This document shows, piece by piece, positions 1-13,605 of a stretch of DNA of 64,000 bases (its first letter is position 1; the number at the start of each line of letters is the position of its first letter). A program made the position numbers and the translations under genes. Source of the DNA: Octopus sinensis (Eukaryota). Location: positions 100,192,001-100,256,000 of the forward strand of contig NC_042998.1 in NCBI RefSeq assembly GCF_006345805.1, in the 5' to 3' direction. Under the pieces are notes generated by a model. That model saw nothing but the letters and a program-made list of their open reading frames with translations, was not told the origin of the DNA and made no database searches.

Positions 1-1690
1 TAAATTTGGTAGAAAATGATATCAAGTTCATTCAACTCAGAGTTTTGAGGAAAAACCATAAAGGTTAAAACTTGTTAGCCTGATGACAAACTACAATTTG
101 AGTTCAGTTTTTTCTGTATGCCTGGAGAATGTCTGAATATTTAGGTAAGTATTATTGCAATCTTAACTCAGTAGTACTATGCCCTATATGACTATGATAA
201 TTACAGACAAGATCTAGTATAATATTTAATAGTACCGTATATTCAATCAAGATTTTGTGAGTTCATTAGGTAGTATATTTAAGTTTTCTTGAACAATCTC
301 TGAAGGAAAGTTTTACTGAAATTAAATATTTTTAGCAACACAAGACAGGAATAGTATCAAGAAACTGGAGAAAAGGAATGAAATTATGGAGAATGTGAAA
401 CAAAAATAATGAAAATTAAGAAGAGTTTTAAAGATTTCAGAGATCAAGATTAGCATTCTGATTTCAAATGCAGACAGGAATTTTAAGATTTTAAAGCTGA
501 CAACACAGAATAATAAATGTCAATAATTTTAGAAACTGAAAATGACAATAAGAAAAGCAGTTTCTAGACATCAAAGATAACATGCAACAGAAGGTTGAGG
601 AAAATAAAGATGAAACTAAATTATCAGAAGCCACTATTATTTTTATTGTATTTTAATGATAAAGAAATACAGTAGAAAGGGATATATTCATTGAAAGAGG
701 AACTTTGTAAGCACTGGCATAAGTTTTACAAATACAGATATATTTACATTTTCTTTCCCTTTTTTTTTTTGTTTTTTTAGGTAATGAATCTTGGATAGTT
801 TCAAAGATTTGGAATATGAGCTGTTGGGGAGGTTGTTTAATAAGTAGAAGACATTACACACCATCCACTCAATAGTGCTAAATATATTTAAGATAAGAAA
901 ATGTACAGTGGCTGTGATAAGGTTTAACAACCTCTATCATACTGACATGAGAGTAAATCTTATCTTATGTTTCAATTTTGTTTCCAGTCTACACTAGTAT
1001 AAATGGACCAGATTTTTTAAGTTGTTTTTCAAAATAACAGAATGTCCAATCTAAACTGCCAAGCATTCAAGTAAGACTATGGTCAGTCAGGTTAATTAAA
1101 AGCAAACACAGATATGTTCTTTGTCCACAAGCATGACAAACAAATTGTAGTAAGAGCTGAATTAATGACCATACAATTAATGTCTTAATCCTTAAATATC
1201 AGAAACATTGACTCTTAGTCTGGCACATATAAAAGGTTAAGGCTTCAAATTACAAACAATTATGTAATAAACTTTAATATTTTCACACAAGCTTTATGAA
1301 AGAGCTCTGCAGAATAGTATCACAAGTTTCATTAATGCTTATTACTGTATTCATAACATACAGCTTTCAGCAAAACCTTTGCACTATTTCTATCCTGGCT
1401 AATTCCTATCTTGAACACCATCCACTCTACATGTAGTAACATGCTATTGTTTAATTAATTTTGAATGAATATTCAGTTCACATACTACCATGTTTGGCTG
1501 CTATTTTTAGCTAGTCAAGAGATCATACAGAGATGTCCTTGTTCTAATAGCATTTTAATGATAGTATGTCAACCATCCATATATACCTGTCATAACAGTA
1601 TTCTAAAATGTATCAATTAAGCAATTTCTATGTTTTAGTATTTTTTCAATGAAAATGTATCACTCATACTTTGATATATTTGTCCTAGTG

Positions 1691-1782
<92 letters not shown>
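1691..1782. repeat. (CT)n(CA)n microsatellite
   Basis: Read directly from the sequence. Confidence 0.95.
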
Positions 1783-1784
<2 letters not shown>

Positions 1785-3096
1785 TTTAAAGAAAGGAAAA
1801 TGATAACCAAGTTATTTTCTGTTGATCCTAGATGAAACAAAAACAGGATTTTTTAAGAAAATGATGGAAATATATCTCATTGTTTTATTCAAACTCATAG
1901 GAGCTTGGATAACTAATAAAATACCCATCTGCTCCTTTCTACAATGAACTGTATTTCTTTGTAAATGGCAGTTACTTAAAGTAAGCCAAGTGAACCTGTA
2001 AGAGCTAAATGTGTTGATTAAGAACAGAGTTTGTTGAGTATTGCTGATGGAATAAAAACCACATAACCTTCACACAATAGCTCATTAAGGCAGCTGTGGT
2101 GATTCTATACTGACAAGATTTAAAAAATAGTTCTGAAAATCAGACAAAATCTAAGCAGATGTTCTTACAATCAATTTCCTTTCCTCTAATTGAATAAGCC
2201 TTAACAAAATTGTAATTATTTTTGGGTCTTTTGATTTGGAGAAGGAAAGCAGAGCTCAGAATATTGAGAGGTTCACTTGGTCTGGAAACATGCCACAATT
2301 AGTCTGGATCAACAAACTTAAAACTTTGCTTAAAAAGTGAGTTAATGCATAGGCAGAAGAATTGAAGAGATAAAGAAGTAAAATGCACAAGTTAAATGGA
2401 AAGAGTGAGGAAGAGACAAGAGTAAGATATGTCTAAATAAACATATGCTATATAGTGAGAAAATTCAGAAGAGCCACTGCTCTTGTAATCATGGTAGACA
2501 AGGCAAAGCATAAACAGGGAGTTATAGAAGATGGAATTAATTTGTAATGGTGGATGGATTTTTTTTTCAGTGCAATCTGATATCTCCCTAACTAGAGCAT
2601 ATAAACTACTCCATAAAAAAAAATGCTCCATGTATATAGCATACCTAATCATTTTAAGTTAATGATGAGACCACTAGAAATAATTATATCTAGCATAGAT
2701 AATAATTGTGAGGATATTAACTTTGAAGTGAGAAGGAAGTTATTTCAAGAGATGTGTAATGTTTAGATTTTGAAAATTATTAATCAAAGCTTAGAACTGA
2801 AGCTTTAGAAGCCTTTATCCTTTTGACCAAGCATTGACTTTGTGAAATTATATACAATGCATATACACATACAAAGGCACGATGACTTTCTAATGCTGCA
2901 GGTATTTTGATATCTAAGAAGTATTTATTTTGAGAAGAGCACTGATATAGACTTTTTAAATTAAAACAAAAAAGACTGAGAATTATTCAAAGCAGACAAT
3001 AGAGATATATGCAGACATTCAGATTTTAAAGAAATAAAAATAGAAGAGGAAAAGATAGCATTTGCATAGTCTGGAACTTGCAAATAAAGTACTGAC

Positions 3097-3135
3097 CACT
3101 ATCAGTAGTAGGTCCAAGACTGTCCTCACTTGGGT
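3097..3135 (-). CDS. FRMD4A: Probable 39-nt symmetric micro-exon: (D)PSEDSLGPTTDS(G)
   Basis: Pyrimidine-rich acceptor tgttttattcttatcaatgcatccctag|, donor gtg|gtcagt. Phase 1-1 fits the preceding exon, no stops, loose similarity to FRMD4A SEDSSLSD. Confidence 0.5.
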
Positions 3136-5152
3136 CTAGGGATGCATTGATAAGAATAAAACAATAATCATTAATAATATTTACTTATAAAAAAAGATTT
3201 TCAGTTTATAAAACCATACAAATTATCAACATTGTTTAAATAGGTTTAAGAACAAGATATTGGTAAGGAAATAAAGATTTCCCTGTTTAACCAAATACCA
3301 GCAGAGTAATGAAGAACCAAAAGATATGAAGAGTATGGGGAAAAACCATTGACAATACAAACTATGTGATAAAAAGTTTTTCTTAGCTACTTTAACTGAA
3401 TCATTAAAACCACATGACTTAATACTTTAAAGATGTGAAATTCAATAGTACCAGTCTTTACATCTTTATCTGCAAATTTATGGCTGGCATTTCATACTTT
3501 TCCTCTATTCTAACCTGAATAATTTTCAGGAATTGAGATAACTATTTAAGGGGAGTGATAAATGTAAGCAGAGGTGTATATTTTCTCTAAAAGCACAGTA
3601 TAATGTAATGGGTGCACTAGGATTTGATGTATCCAAAAGATGTAAAAGAAAAACTTAATATTATAGAAATAAGAAAAATGAATTCAATAATGAAGAGATC
3701 AAATTGTTTTTAGCATCAAACAGATGTGTTAGGCTCAGTTTGTAAGAAGTGCAATATTGCTTTTAAAAAAAAACCTATTTGTGTCGATGTTCAGTTCTGA
3801 TACTATGGTTAGTGTTTTTCCTGTAAAAGCTGAGGTTTGGCAGTCTAAAAATTATAATTTTGCACAAGTCTAAGAGGAGCTAACAATCAGATCAACACAG
3901 TTAATGTGAACTGTTAGCTCTATTTAGACATAAGAATTAAAATATGTCAAAAATTAAATAAACAAAGTTTTAAAATTAGACATAGAGCAAGGTGGGGGTA
4001 CACAGAAACTCAGTTCTGGTACTTCCTAACATGTGGCACTTCCAGATGCCAGCCGGTGTTTTTGATTCCTTGAGTTGACTCATATTTCATTACTAATGAA
4101 ATTGATATATCACAGCTGTGTTACATTATCACAAGGAAGAAATGAAGGCAATGTTCCCAATGTAAGCTACAGTGAAAAGAACCAATCTCAGAGGTCACTA
4201 AATCTGAAGTTGATCCAGAGCAGAGAAGGGTTTTTAGTTTGGACAGACAACCACTCTAAATGGTGCTACGAGAAAATGCATCCAGTGTAAAACAATGTTT
4301 CCCAACTGTGGTTTTCCAAAGCCTTATGATTCTACAAGAAACAGTAGTGTAGGTAAAAGTATTTTGTGTGTAATTATTCTACATGCACATTATATTTGAA
4401 ATACTAACATCTGCAGGTAGTAAAAAGACCTCACAGGAAAAATGATTTTTTTACAGTGAATCACAAGGATTTTGGTGAAAGAAGATCTTGGTTAAAAAGA
4501 AATTTCTCAAACCTTTGTGATATCTGACAAATTTATCACTACCAAACATTTTAAAGACAGCTTCATGATTTATTTAATGAAGATATATAAAAATTTACAT
4601 ATAGGGGTTGTAGATGTGTGTGTGTGTGTATGTGTACTTTTGTCATGACATCACCTGATGTTTGCAAATGGGCCCAATCTTTTGTGAAACACACATCTGG
4701 CCACTGGAAATAGGCAGGATATTTAAATGTTAAAACCCTGCGAAGATGTGACATAACAAAGATTGGCAAGTTTCTCTGTTATGTGTGTTATCAGATTTCT
4801 TAAAACTGTGATACACAGTGAGCTACAATGCTGGAAATAGGCCCATCAAAAACCATGCCTACATCAAAGAATGGATGTCTAATGATGTTGAATGGTTTTA
4901 AGTTTCCATGTTGCTGTAATGATATCAGTTATATTAAATCTTTATATTCAACAGAAATTGATCGAACAAAAATGATATTGTTAGTTTTCAACTCCTTTCA
5001 TACTTTGTAATATTAAAAATATTTTAAAAAAATCATTTTACATGATAAATAATAATTAAACTATGATTAAATTATGAATGAAACACAACAGTTAGCAAAC
5101 ATTTGACCACTGTCTGTGTCAACAGTTAACTTCTGTTACACTCGACACTTAC

Positions 5153-5234
5153 CTTGGTATACAGGACTAACTTTTAAAGTGGAATGACCAGCTTTCTTTC
5201 TCATTTCATTCAGCTTCTTCTCCATTTCTTTTAA
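5153..5234 (-). CDS. FRMD4A: FRMD4-like exon, CUPID end: LKEMEKKLNEMRKKAGHSTLKVSPVYQ
   Basis: 82 nt; acceptor ttttcttctag|, donor aag|gtaagt; phase 0 to 1. Matches FRMD4A LQEIENAINENRIKSG. Confidence 0.92.
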
Positions 5235-5350
5235 CTAGAAGAAAATTTTTTTTAATGATTATAAAACAAATAATTAAAAATAAAAACATAGAAATACATT
5301 ACTCTTCAGTTTCATATGTTTAGCAACTGACTTAATTTGAGATAGTGTGA

Positions 5351-5768
5351 GAGAGACCTGTCAAGCCAAGTGAAATCACAGTCGTGGCTGATGCCAGTGT
5401 CGTGTAACTGGAACCTGTGCCAGTGGCACATAAAAAGCACCCTTCAAACATTGGGCTTCATGAAGGTAGTGACAAGTGACTGAGAACTTAGGCAATATAC
5501 TGTGCTTGAGAAGACCTGTCAAAACAAGTGAGATCGTAGTCGTAATTGATTCTGATGTTATGTAAATGGCACCCATGCTGGTAGCATATAAAAAAAAAAA
5601 GTACCCACAACACGTTTGGAGTGGTTGGCGTTAGGAAGGGCATCCAGCCATAGAAACCATGCCAAATCAGATTGGAACCTGGTGCAGCTCCCCTGCTTAC
5701 CAGTTTTCAGGCAAACTGTCCAACTGATGGCAAAATAGAAAACAGACATTAGATGACAATGATGATGA
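5351..5768 (+). mobile_element. (GAT)n-tailed retroposon (family B here)
   Basis: gagtggttggcgttaggaagggcatccagc...gacattagatgacaatgatgatga. Confidence 0.7.
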
Positions 5769-6843
5769 ATGTAGTCAAAGCAAATAGTTATATAGGACTT
5801 TGATGGCTAAATATATTATTCAGTATTCAGTATTATTTTGTAGGGCAGAAAAGTTACAGTATCGAACATCTGCATCTTGGTATTTATTCCAGTTCCTCAC
5901 ATTCTGAGGTAAAATCTTGTCAAGGTTAATTCTGCCTTCATCCTTCTGAGTTCAATAAAAATGTACCAGTCAAATGCTTAACTATTCCTTCCTCCAGATT
6001 ATCTGGCTTTACACCTACTTCAGAAATTATTTCGTAATGATTTAACACAACACCCATTTTTAAGTGAGGATAAATGTTATTTTTTAATATTAATACTGCT
6101 TCTGTTGCCAAATTGTTTACAAATTGAGGAACTAAACTCTTTCACTGTATGGCCACTGGTACTACTTCTTTCAAAGTTTTTCACTATGCATATGCAACAA
6201 AAGACTGAGGCCAGAAATTTTGGAAGAGGTAAACAGTCAATTATATTAATATTAACTTCAGTACTTCAGTGACACTTTATTTTATTGATCTGACACAAAA
6301 AAAAAGAAAGCAAAGTTGTCCTTGACAAAATCTGAAGGGAGGGAGTAAGACAATACTATTGACCCCAGTACTTGGTTGACACTATTCTATCAACCACCCC
6401 ACTCCTCAAAAAAAAGAAAAGAACAGCAAAACTGACCTCAGAATGAAAGGAGCTGAAAAACACCAAGAGGCATTTTCTCCAATACTCTAACAATTCTACC
6501 AATTCATACCTAATGATAGCAATGGTTTCATCCGCATTTATAATAATGGTTTCAAATATTGGTAGAAAGCCAGCTATTTTAGCATGGGGGGTATAAGTTA
6601 AATTGACCATAGTACTCAAACAGTACTTACTTATTGACCCCAGAAAGATGAAAGACAAAGTAAACCTTAGTGACATTTGAACCCAGAACATAAAACTGGA
6701 AGAAATGCCATTAAATACCTTATACAGTGCAAGGTAGCCATGTAACTCTTCTACAGCTAGACACTTACTCCAGTCCTTTTTTCATACTTTGACCTCTCAA
6801 CACCTAGAATAAGGTCACCTTCCTCTCTACTATGCTCTTATTC

Positions 6844-7210
6844 ATCATTTAATGCCCATTTTCCATGCTGTCATAGGTTAGACGAATTTGACAGGTGCTG
6901 CCCAGCCAGAGAGCTACACCAGGCTCTATTGTCTGTTCTAGCATGGATGCTGTACCTAATGCTAACCACTTTACACAGTGTACTGGGCGCTTTTTACATG
7001 GCACCAGCACCAGAGCTTTATATGTGGTACTGGCATGGGTACATTTTACATGGCACTGGCATGGATGACACACTGAAAAGTGCTTGCCATTAAGAATAGA
7101 AACCATTCCGAAGCAGACATCTGAGCACGATGCAGTCCTGACCCAAAGGATCCTGTTGAACCACTCAACTCATGCCAGAAAGAAAGGTAAGCATTAAATG
7201 ACGATGATGT
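6844..7210. mobile_element. Two family B fragments, head to head
   Basis: Reverse copy about 6844-7075 (starts catcattt); forward fragment about 7090-7210 (ends aaatgacgatgatg). Confidence 0.55.
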
Positions 7211-7260
7211 TAATGCACACACATACAAACACACAAATAAACTGGTATCTTTTAACTCAC

Positions 7261-7407
7261 CTTAGTTTCAGCCTTCTGGTAGGATTGTTTTCTTTGCTTT
7301 CGCACCTGTTTGCTGACTGATGGATCGTGTGCCAGCTTATTAGCTGCACTGGTGATCTTACTTTGCAGCTCATATTCGAGTTCAAGACATGACAACTCAT
7401 TCTCCAT
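7261..7407 (-). CDS. FRMD4A: FRMD4-like exon, CUPID coiled coil: MENELSCLELEYELQSKITSAANKLAHDPSVSKQVRKQRKQSYQKAETK
   Basis: 147 nt; acceptor tttttacttgcag|, donor aag|gtgagt; phase 0-0. Matches FRMD4A [40 protein letters not shown]. Confidence 0.95.
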
Positions 7408-7492
7408 CTGCAAGTAAAAACAAGAATCATTGAGGATCAGAGTGCTTACTCAATTTCTTTTAATCTTTCACTATATATGTATTTCTTATATA

Positions 7493-7998
7493 TCTATATA
7501 TATAAAACTCTAGTTGTGTGAGTGTCTGTCCCCTTCGATTTAGATTCCTAACTCCTCCCACATTTTGCGGTGCAGTTTAACCAAATTCGGGTATCTTATA
7601 GTCGTGATTCATATCGAGCCCGTCTGAATATTAGCGCGCGTCAACGATGAGTCTACGATTTTAAAAATAATTTAACATCATTTTTTTTATTCCATTTTAA
7701 TGCATAAAATGCATCGTGTGTCGATGGCGGCGGAGTTGGCGTCCACGCTCACAGCTGCACCTGTTTGCTTCTCCCCTTTCCCTCCCTCTGAAGCTGTGGG
7801 GAAGGGAGTGTAAAGAAATCAACGTCATAATGCGTCGTGAAGGAGACCAGCGTTCTTTTAGAACAACGACTTCATGGCTTGAAGACACCAAAACAAAAAT
7901 GGCTAAGAAAGCCCGAATTTATAAGAGAAGTAACTCTCTAAAAATGCTTATATAGTTATTTCCCTTACAAACCCGAGCATCGCTGGGCGATACTGCTA

Positions 7999-7999
<1 letters not shown>
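7493..7999 (+). mobile_element. Non-autonomous Helitron, young
   Basis: 5' TC(tatatatataaaact) after an A; 3' CTAG before a T; GC hairpin cccgagc-atc-gctggg (7972-7987) 8 nt before CTAG; CpG-rich interior. Confidence 0.75.
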
Positions 8000-8053
<54 letters not shown>

Positions 8054-8110
8054 TATATATATATACACACACACACACCCATATATATACATACACAGAC
8101 ACATACAGAC
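8000..8110. repeat. (TA)n/(CA)n compound microsatellite at the Helitron 3' flank
   Basis: Read directly from the sequence. Confidence 0.9.
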
Positions 8111-8467
8111 AGAGTAGCCCAACAGTTTGGATCCACAAAAAAATAACTTACATGATGTCCTTTGTTCCATTAAATACATGAACTTTGAATTTTCTAAATT
8201 TATCTGTACTAACGTTAGCACAAATGTATATACCTCCTTTAATGTATTGCTAGTTCTGGGTAAATTCATGTCAACTACTGACTTCAGATGTTTAAGAGGA
8301 CTGTTCAACTGGACATTGTCTCCAGATATGCCTGATGGTAAAACCTTCACCTAAATAATTTGCCCCATTAATAGTAAAAATCTGGTGGTGTGCTAGTTTG
8401 TTGAAGTTATATTTTATGTTGCTCTGACAAAGAAATATTGTCTTTGTGAACAACACAGGATTGTAAA

Positions 8468-8591
8468 GTAATCTCCAGGGATACAGGCATCCAGCAACAG
8501 GACCTCCGTAATGCTATGATGGACCGTAAAGTCTGGCGTAATCATAGTAAATTCCATTATCTCGACCACGGTCGAACAATGATGATGATGA
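8468..8591 (+). mobile_element. RTE-clade LINE 3' end, 5'-truncated
   Basis: Translates VISRDTGIQQQDLRNAMMDRKVWR and ends in a (GAT)n tail, typical of RTE C-termini. Confidence 0.7.
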
Positions 8592-8762
8592 AAGTACAGA
8601 TATATACTCTTCCTATTACAGTACCATAAGCAAATATAGACATTAATCTTTCACTAAATATCCCTGTCCAAACCATAACTGTTGGACTAGAAGAATATAT
8701 ATACATCAAATTTCCTATGGATTCAAATGTTCTGACTGCCTTGTGCACATGCATGGGTGCAT

Positions 8763-8870
8763 GTATGTAAGTATGTGTACATCTAACATATAAAAAGCAG
8801 AATGTGAGCGACATAGGTATGTAAGTATGTGTACATCTAACATATAAAAAGCAGAATGTGAGCGACATAG
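8763..8870. repeat. 54-bp exact tandem duplication
   Basis: gtatgtaagtatgtgtacatctaacatataaaaagcagaatgtgagcgacatag x2. Confidence 0.95.
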
Positions 8871-11287
8871 TATAAGTGTGCTTTGATAAAAAATAATAAA
8901 TTGTATCTGAAGAGAGGTTACACTTCTTTGATCAAAAGAAGTTTCAATCTTTTGCAGATGTTGCACCTCATCAAACAAGAGCTATCAACCATATATAGAG
9001 CACTGCAATCTCTTAATGAGATATTCACAAATCACACTTGGTACCATCTCTATGTCCATCTACATATTCACACAGACAGACATATGTATGCAATCATGGA
9101 TCTAGTTTAATTTGGTTTAATACCAACTATTCAAGAGCACAGCCAAATACGATTGCTAGCATAAAATATTCTCAATGCAGGTAAACAGTATGATTTCTAA
9201 GATGCCTTTTGCATGGTACACACTACAAAGCTGTATTTAATCAGCTTCAATTTAGCATATTCAAGGCCCAGGTAACAGGATTATAAGCCTTCACTTCTTT
9301 CATTACACATACATCTTTTAAACAGTGCTTTTGTGTTGCTATACAAAACTAATAAGAACTTTGTGGGGTTTGAACCTATATTGTCTTTGCTTATATCTCA
9401 GTGTAATTACTACTTTGCTATAAACCCTTTGATTGTAGCTACTTGTGCACATCTACACACCTATAATTATTGCAAACATTACGCATGTACATTAAAAAAA
9501 ATTCTTTAATGTCTCACTCAGAAGAGAAAGAGCAGTGCCCAAATGACAGACAGAAGATTAAGATTTCAAAACTCTTATCTAAGAATGTCTGACAAGCTTC
9601 TGTACAGTTTACATCTGTCCAATTTCACTGACAAGGCTTGGTTCAACCCAAGGCTACAGCAGTAACTCTCCCAAGGTGCGATGCAATAGAATTGAACTTG
9701 GAAAGATATGATTGTGAAATGGACCTTTTAACCACAACAACTGACTAGTTCACTTGGATCACTTTAAAGGAATCCAAATGTAATATCCTGATGACTCATA
9801 GTATGAACAATTAAATTTATGTTAAATTTCCTTCAAGTAACAGGTAAACTGAGATTTAATGATAATTTCATGTTTGGCTCTGTTGAATAGAATGTTGTGG
9901 AGGTCAGATATACAAAGCCAATGTGACAGTAATAAGAATTTGAAACAGAGTCAAATCCACAGCTCATTTGTTAAAAACTAATTACTCACTGTTATTATTA
10001 CTGATTAGTCAGACTATTTAAAAAATAGATCTCGTGTTAATTCTTTCATAAATATCTACATTTTATGTCTATGAAATCTGCTAGAAGTTTTTTTATGATA
10101 TGGCAGTAGTCAGGTCAAGGTATCTGCAATGGAGACATGGGTTGGATTCCCACTATTTTCATGTTGACTTTGTATGTAAAAGAAAACAACAGATTAAAAC
10201 AAACACATATCTAAAAATCTGTCCCACAGCTGCTGAGAACTTGGCTATACTTGCAACAGTTTTATTCTACTACAAAATGATATTTTAAACATTTACATAT
10301 AGTTTGGTATTACTATTTATAATAATCCTTTCTACTATAGGCACAAGGCCTGAAATTTGGAGGAAGGGGATAGTTGATTTCATTGACCCCAAAACGATGA
10401 AAGGCAAAGTTGACCTTGGCGGAATTTAATAATAATTTCCAGTACATTAGGTTGTTACTTATCGTGGTCTGTTGATCCCAGTACTTAGCTGGCCTTTATT
10501 TCATCAACATAAAAAGGATCAAAAGGTAAAGTTGACCATAGTGGGAATTGGGCTAAAAGTATAAAGGGCTTAAGCAATAAAGATGGGAGTAAAACTGCAT
10601 CCTGGTTTGATCAATAGTCTTTGAAAATTAGAAGGGGGGAGAGAGAGAGAGCAGAAAAATTAGGAAAATAAAATGTTTTGATGTGGAACTAAATATCCAC
10701 ACACCCTTATAACATCAATGCCACTAGGCACTGGGAAAAGAAAATAGTATTAGAAGTTACCAAAATCACTATGATCTTCAACTGAAGAATAATCCAGCAG
10801 TGTAAGCAATACACAGATTATTACAGTAAATAAATTAATCCTTCATTAGTATAATAGGAACTACCTAATCATTTACAGTATGTGGTTGAGTATTCTCAGA
10901 ATTAGTGCTCAGGCAAAATTAACATGATCCAGTGAATGACAAAGCTGTATCACAGGTACAATTAATCCAACATATCTCCATACAGTTCCCATCCAATTCC
11001 ACTCACATGGCTACGGTTGAGCTGGAGCCATGTGATTATGAAGTGAATGTCTTAACCTGCATCACACAACATGACTAAATTTTAAGCGAAGTAGAAAATA
11101 GTTAATATTCTCTAAGACAAAATATAGACTAGTCAGACACAGAATAACAAAAATTTCAGTGACAAAACAGATGACGGTTTTTTCTTTTTTTTCCTTGTGA
11201 AAAACTTATGCTTTATGCATTTTTATCTAATGGTTTTTCCCTATTTTAAAATTCATATCACTCCTCTGATTAAGTGCTTAGCTATAT

Positions 11288-11347
11288 GTTATCCATCAAA
11301 CTCATGTCAATTTTAGTTATCCATCAAACTCATGTCAATTTTAGTTA
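11288..11347. repeat. 28-bp exact tandem duplication
   Basis: gttatccatcaaactcatgtcaatttta x2 plus gtta. Confidence 0.95.
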
Positions 11348-11387
11348 CCCTTCATTAAAGAATAATAGACAGACATTTATAACTTAC

Positions 11388-11513
11388 ATTATCACCATCT
11401 TTTGGTACAAGCTTTGAGGAGAGACTAAAGGCTGTCCGAACTCGCCGCCGGATCGTAGGAGGCTGTTCACCAGGTGCCATCGGTGTGTCTTTTGGAAGAT
11501 GACCAATAAGTTC
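11388..11513 (-). CDS. FRMD4A: FRMD4-like exon, CUPID core: ELIGHLPKDTPMAPGEQPPTIRRRVRTAFSLSSKLVPKDGDN
   Basis: 126 nt; acceptor attgtag|, donor |gtaagt; phase 0-0. Matches FRMD4A [31 protein letters not shown]. Confidence 0.95.
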
Positions 11514-11985
11514 CTACAATTATAACAAACATTTTATAAATATTTCTGAAATTCATTTACATCATCATTGAAATCACGAAATAAATATATGAAACTGCAG
11601 AAATTGGATTACTTTTATGACAAATATTTTTTGTATGGGTTAACATGATTATGTGGGAAGTAAAGTATTAATAGAATCAACTACACAAAAGCATAAATAC
11701 AAATTTTCTTCTGCCATAAAATCCACAACTTGTTTGAAATGAAAAATTACTTTGTGACTTTCATTCCTTAATCCAAACAGAAGAAAAAAATAATTTAGAA
11801 AGGAAGACTTCGATATGTTGTTTCTGTGAAATGTGGCAGCTAATAAAACAATTCTTCAAATTAGCATTTTGGAGAATGTATAACAATATTAAAATAATAC
11901 AATTCTTTAAGTGATGCCAATTTTTGTCCAAGAAGAAATGGTAACATCATGAAAGAGATATTGAAGATGAAAAATATTAAATTAC

Positions 11986-12110
11986 CCCCTCTTGTATACA
12001 TAGCTGCTTAAACTCTTCATTTTTCTTTTTGAGTGTTTCAATGAGAGCATCTCGTCGATCCTTTAAGGCTTGGTACATTTCCTTCTTCACCTTTACAGGA
12101 TCAATATTAA
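11986..12110 (-). CDS. FRMD4A: FRMD4-like exon, CUPID start: (V)NIDPVKVKKEMYQALKDRRDALIETLKKKNEEFKQLCIQEG
   Basis: 125 nt; acceptor atatttccag|, donor ggg|gtaatt; phase 1 to 0. Matches FRMD4A KKDMLAALKSRQEALEETLRQRLEELKKLCLREA. Confidence 0.95.
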
Positions 12111-13605
12111 CTGGAAATATATAAGAAAAAAATCCATTCAATAATAAAAATAATATATCATCATGACATAAGTTGGATGTGACTAACTGAAGGAGTATCT
12201 CTCGGACAGACACCCTTCATATCACCAACCCATATCTATTTTTCAAGTAGGGTATTTATTTTCCACTGGTCTTCACAAGTTGAAACTGCCAAACTACAAG
12301 TGTAGTTAACAGATGTAGACTTAAAAATCAACTTTTGCTGAATGGTAACAAAAGTTCATAGAAATACACACACACACACACAAACTTACATTTTGTTACA
12401 TGACATGTGACTAATAGAAATCTCTAATGAAATGAGAAAATAATTATAACCATCTTATATTGAATGACAAAATTAATATTATATCAAATGTCAATATCAT
12501 TGCATTCCACCAAAATATAAAACAGATTAGTACTGCACAGAGTAACAAATCTTTACACAAGAATTTCACTGTTAGAAAAGACAAGGCCCTCCAGAACAAA
12601 ACAGTTTACCTGCAAAAGCTGTTAAGTTTTTTTCTTTTTTAAGCATACATAAAGTTTATGTTGGTGTCTCTTTGACTGTCCATTACAATTCTTGAAGAAA
12701 AGGTTTTTAATGATGTCTGTAGATTATTTTGGTATTAGGAATAGTTCTATTTTGTTTACTATTAATGTTTCATTTACTTAATGTCTGTTTATATAGACAT
12801 GTTAAAAAGGTAACAAGATAAAAGAAAAAAAAGGTAAAACAAATACAAGTCATAGGTAAAAAAAAAAAGAAAACAATACCCAACCTAAAAAAAAGAAAGA
12901 AAAAAAACAAAGACAAACCATACACTGGTGGGTTCAGATCAGCTAATCACTGTACATCATTTTCATTATGTTATTTGTAGCTAGACAAAATAATTCTTGT
13001 CCCTTTCAGATCAGATTTCAACTATTACAACTGCTGACAGTAGCAGAGCAAGCAAGCGGAAAACTATTGGTAACGTAACTCATAAAAACACATGAAATAA
13101 GTGGATATGTTACCAACTAAATTGAGTATGCTTTGGAGATTTTAATTCTTTACTCAGGACATAAATGGAACATTTCCTGAATTTTTTGTGTCAAAATTAG
13201 TGTTATGAAGTACGTTCTTAAGGAGGTAACAAGTAACTGGCAGGTTAGGCTGTTGTAACAATCCTGGATTACTTACAAACTTGACTGATTAGTTGAAAAA
13301 GTCACTTGAAATTGTTTCCCTCCGGATATGATGCAGATCATTGATGTATATGAATTAGAATGATTTTACACTGACATAAGAGAGACAGTTGAAACGAGTA
13401 GCAGTTAAAAATAGACTGTACAATCAACTGGCACACCTATCATAACTTAAAATGATCACCATCATCATCATCATTGCAACTATTATTCTTAATATTAGCA
13501 ATGATGATCAATGATAATGGCTTTAGTGGAAACTGAACTTGAAATATGAAGAGCCAGGAGAAGACTGTCTAAAAATTAGTAAAATAGTTCCAACTGAAGA
13601 AATTA

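Noticed and set aside
7697-7955. ORFs on both strands in a GC-rich stretch
   Set aside because: Inside the non-autonomous Helitron; no Rep/helicase or host-gene similarity recognised.
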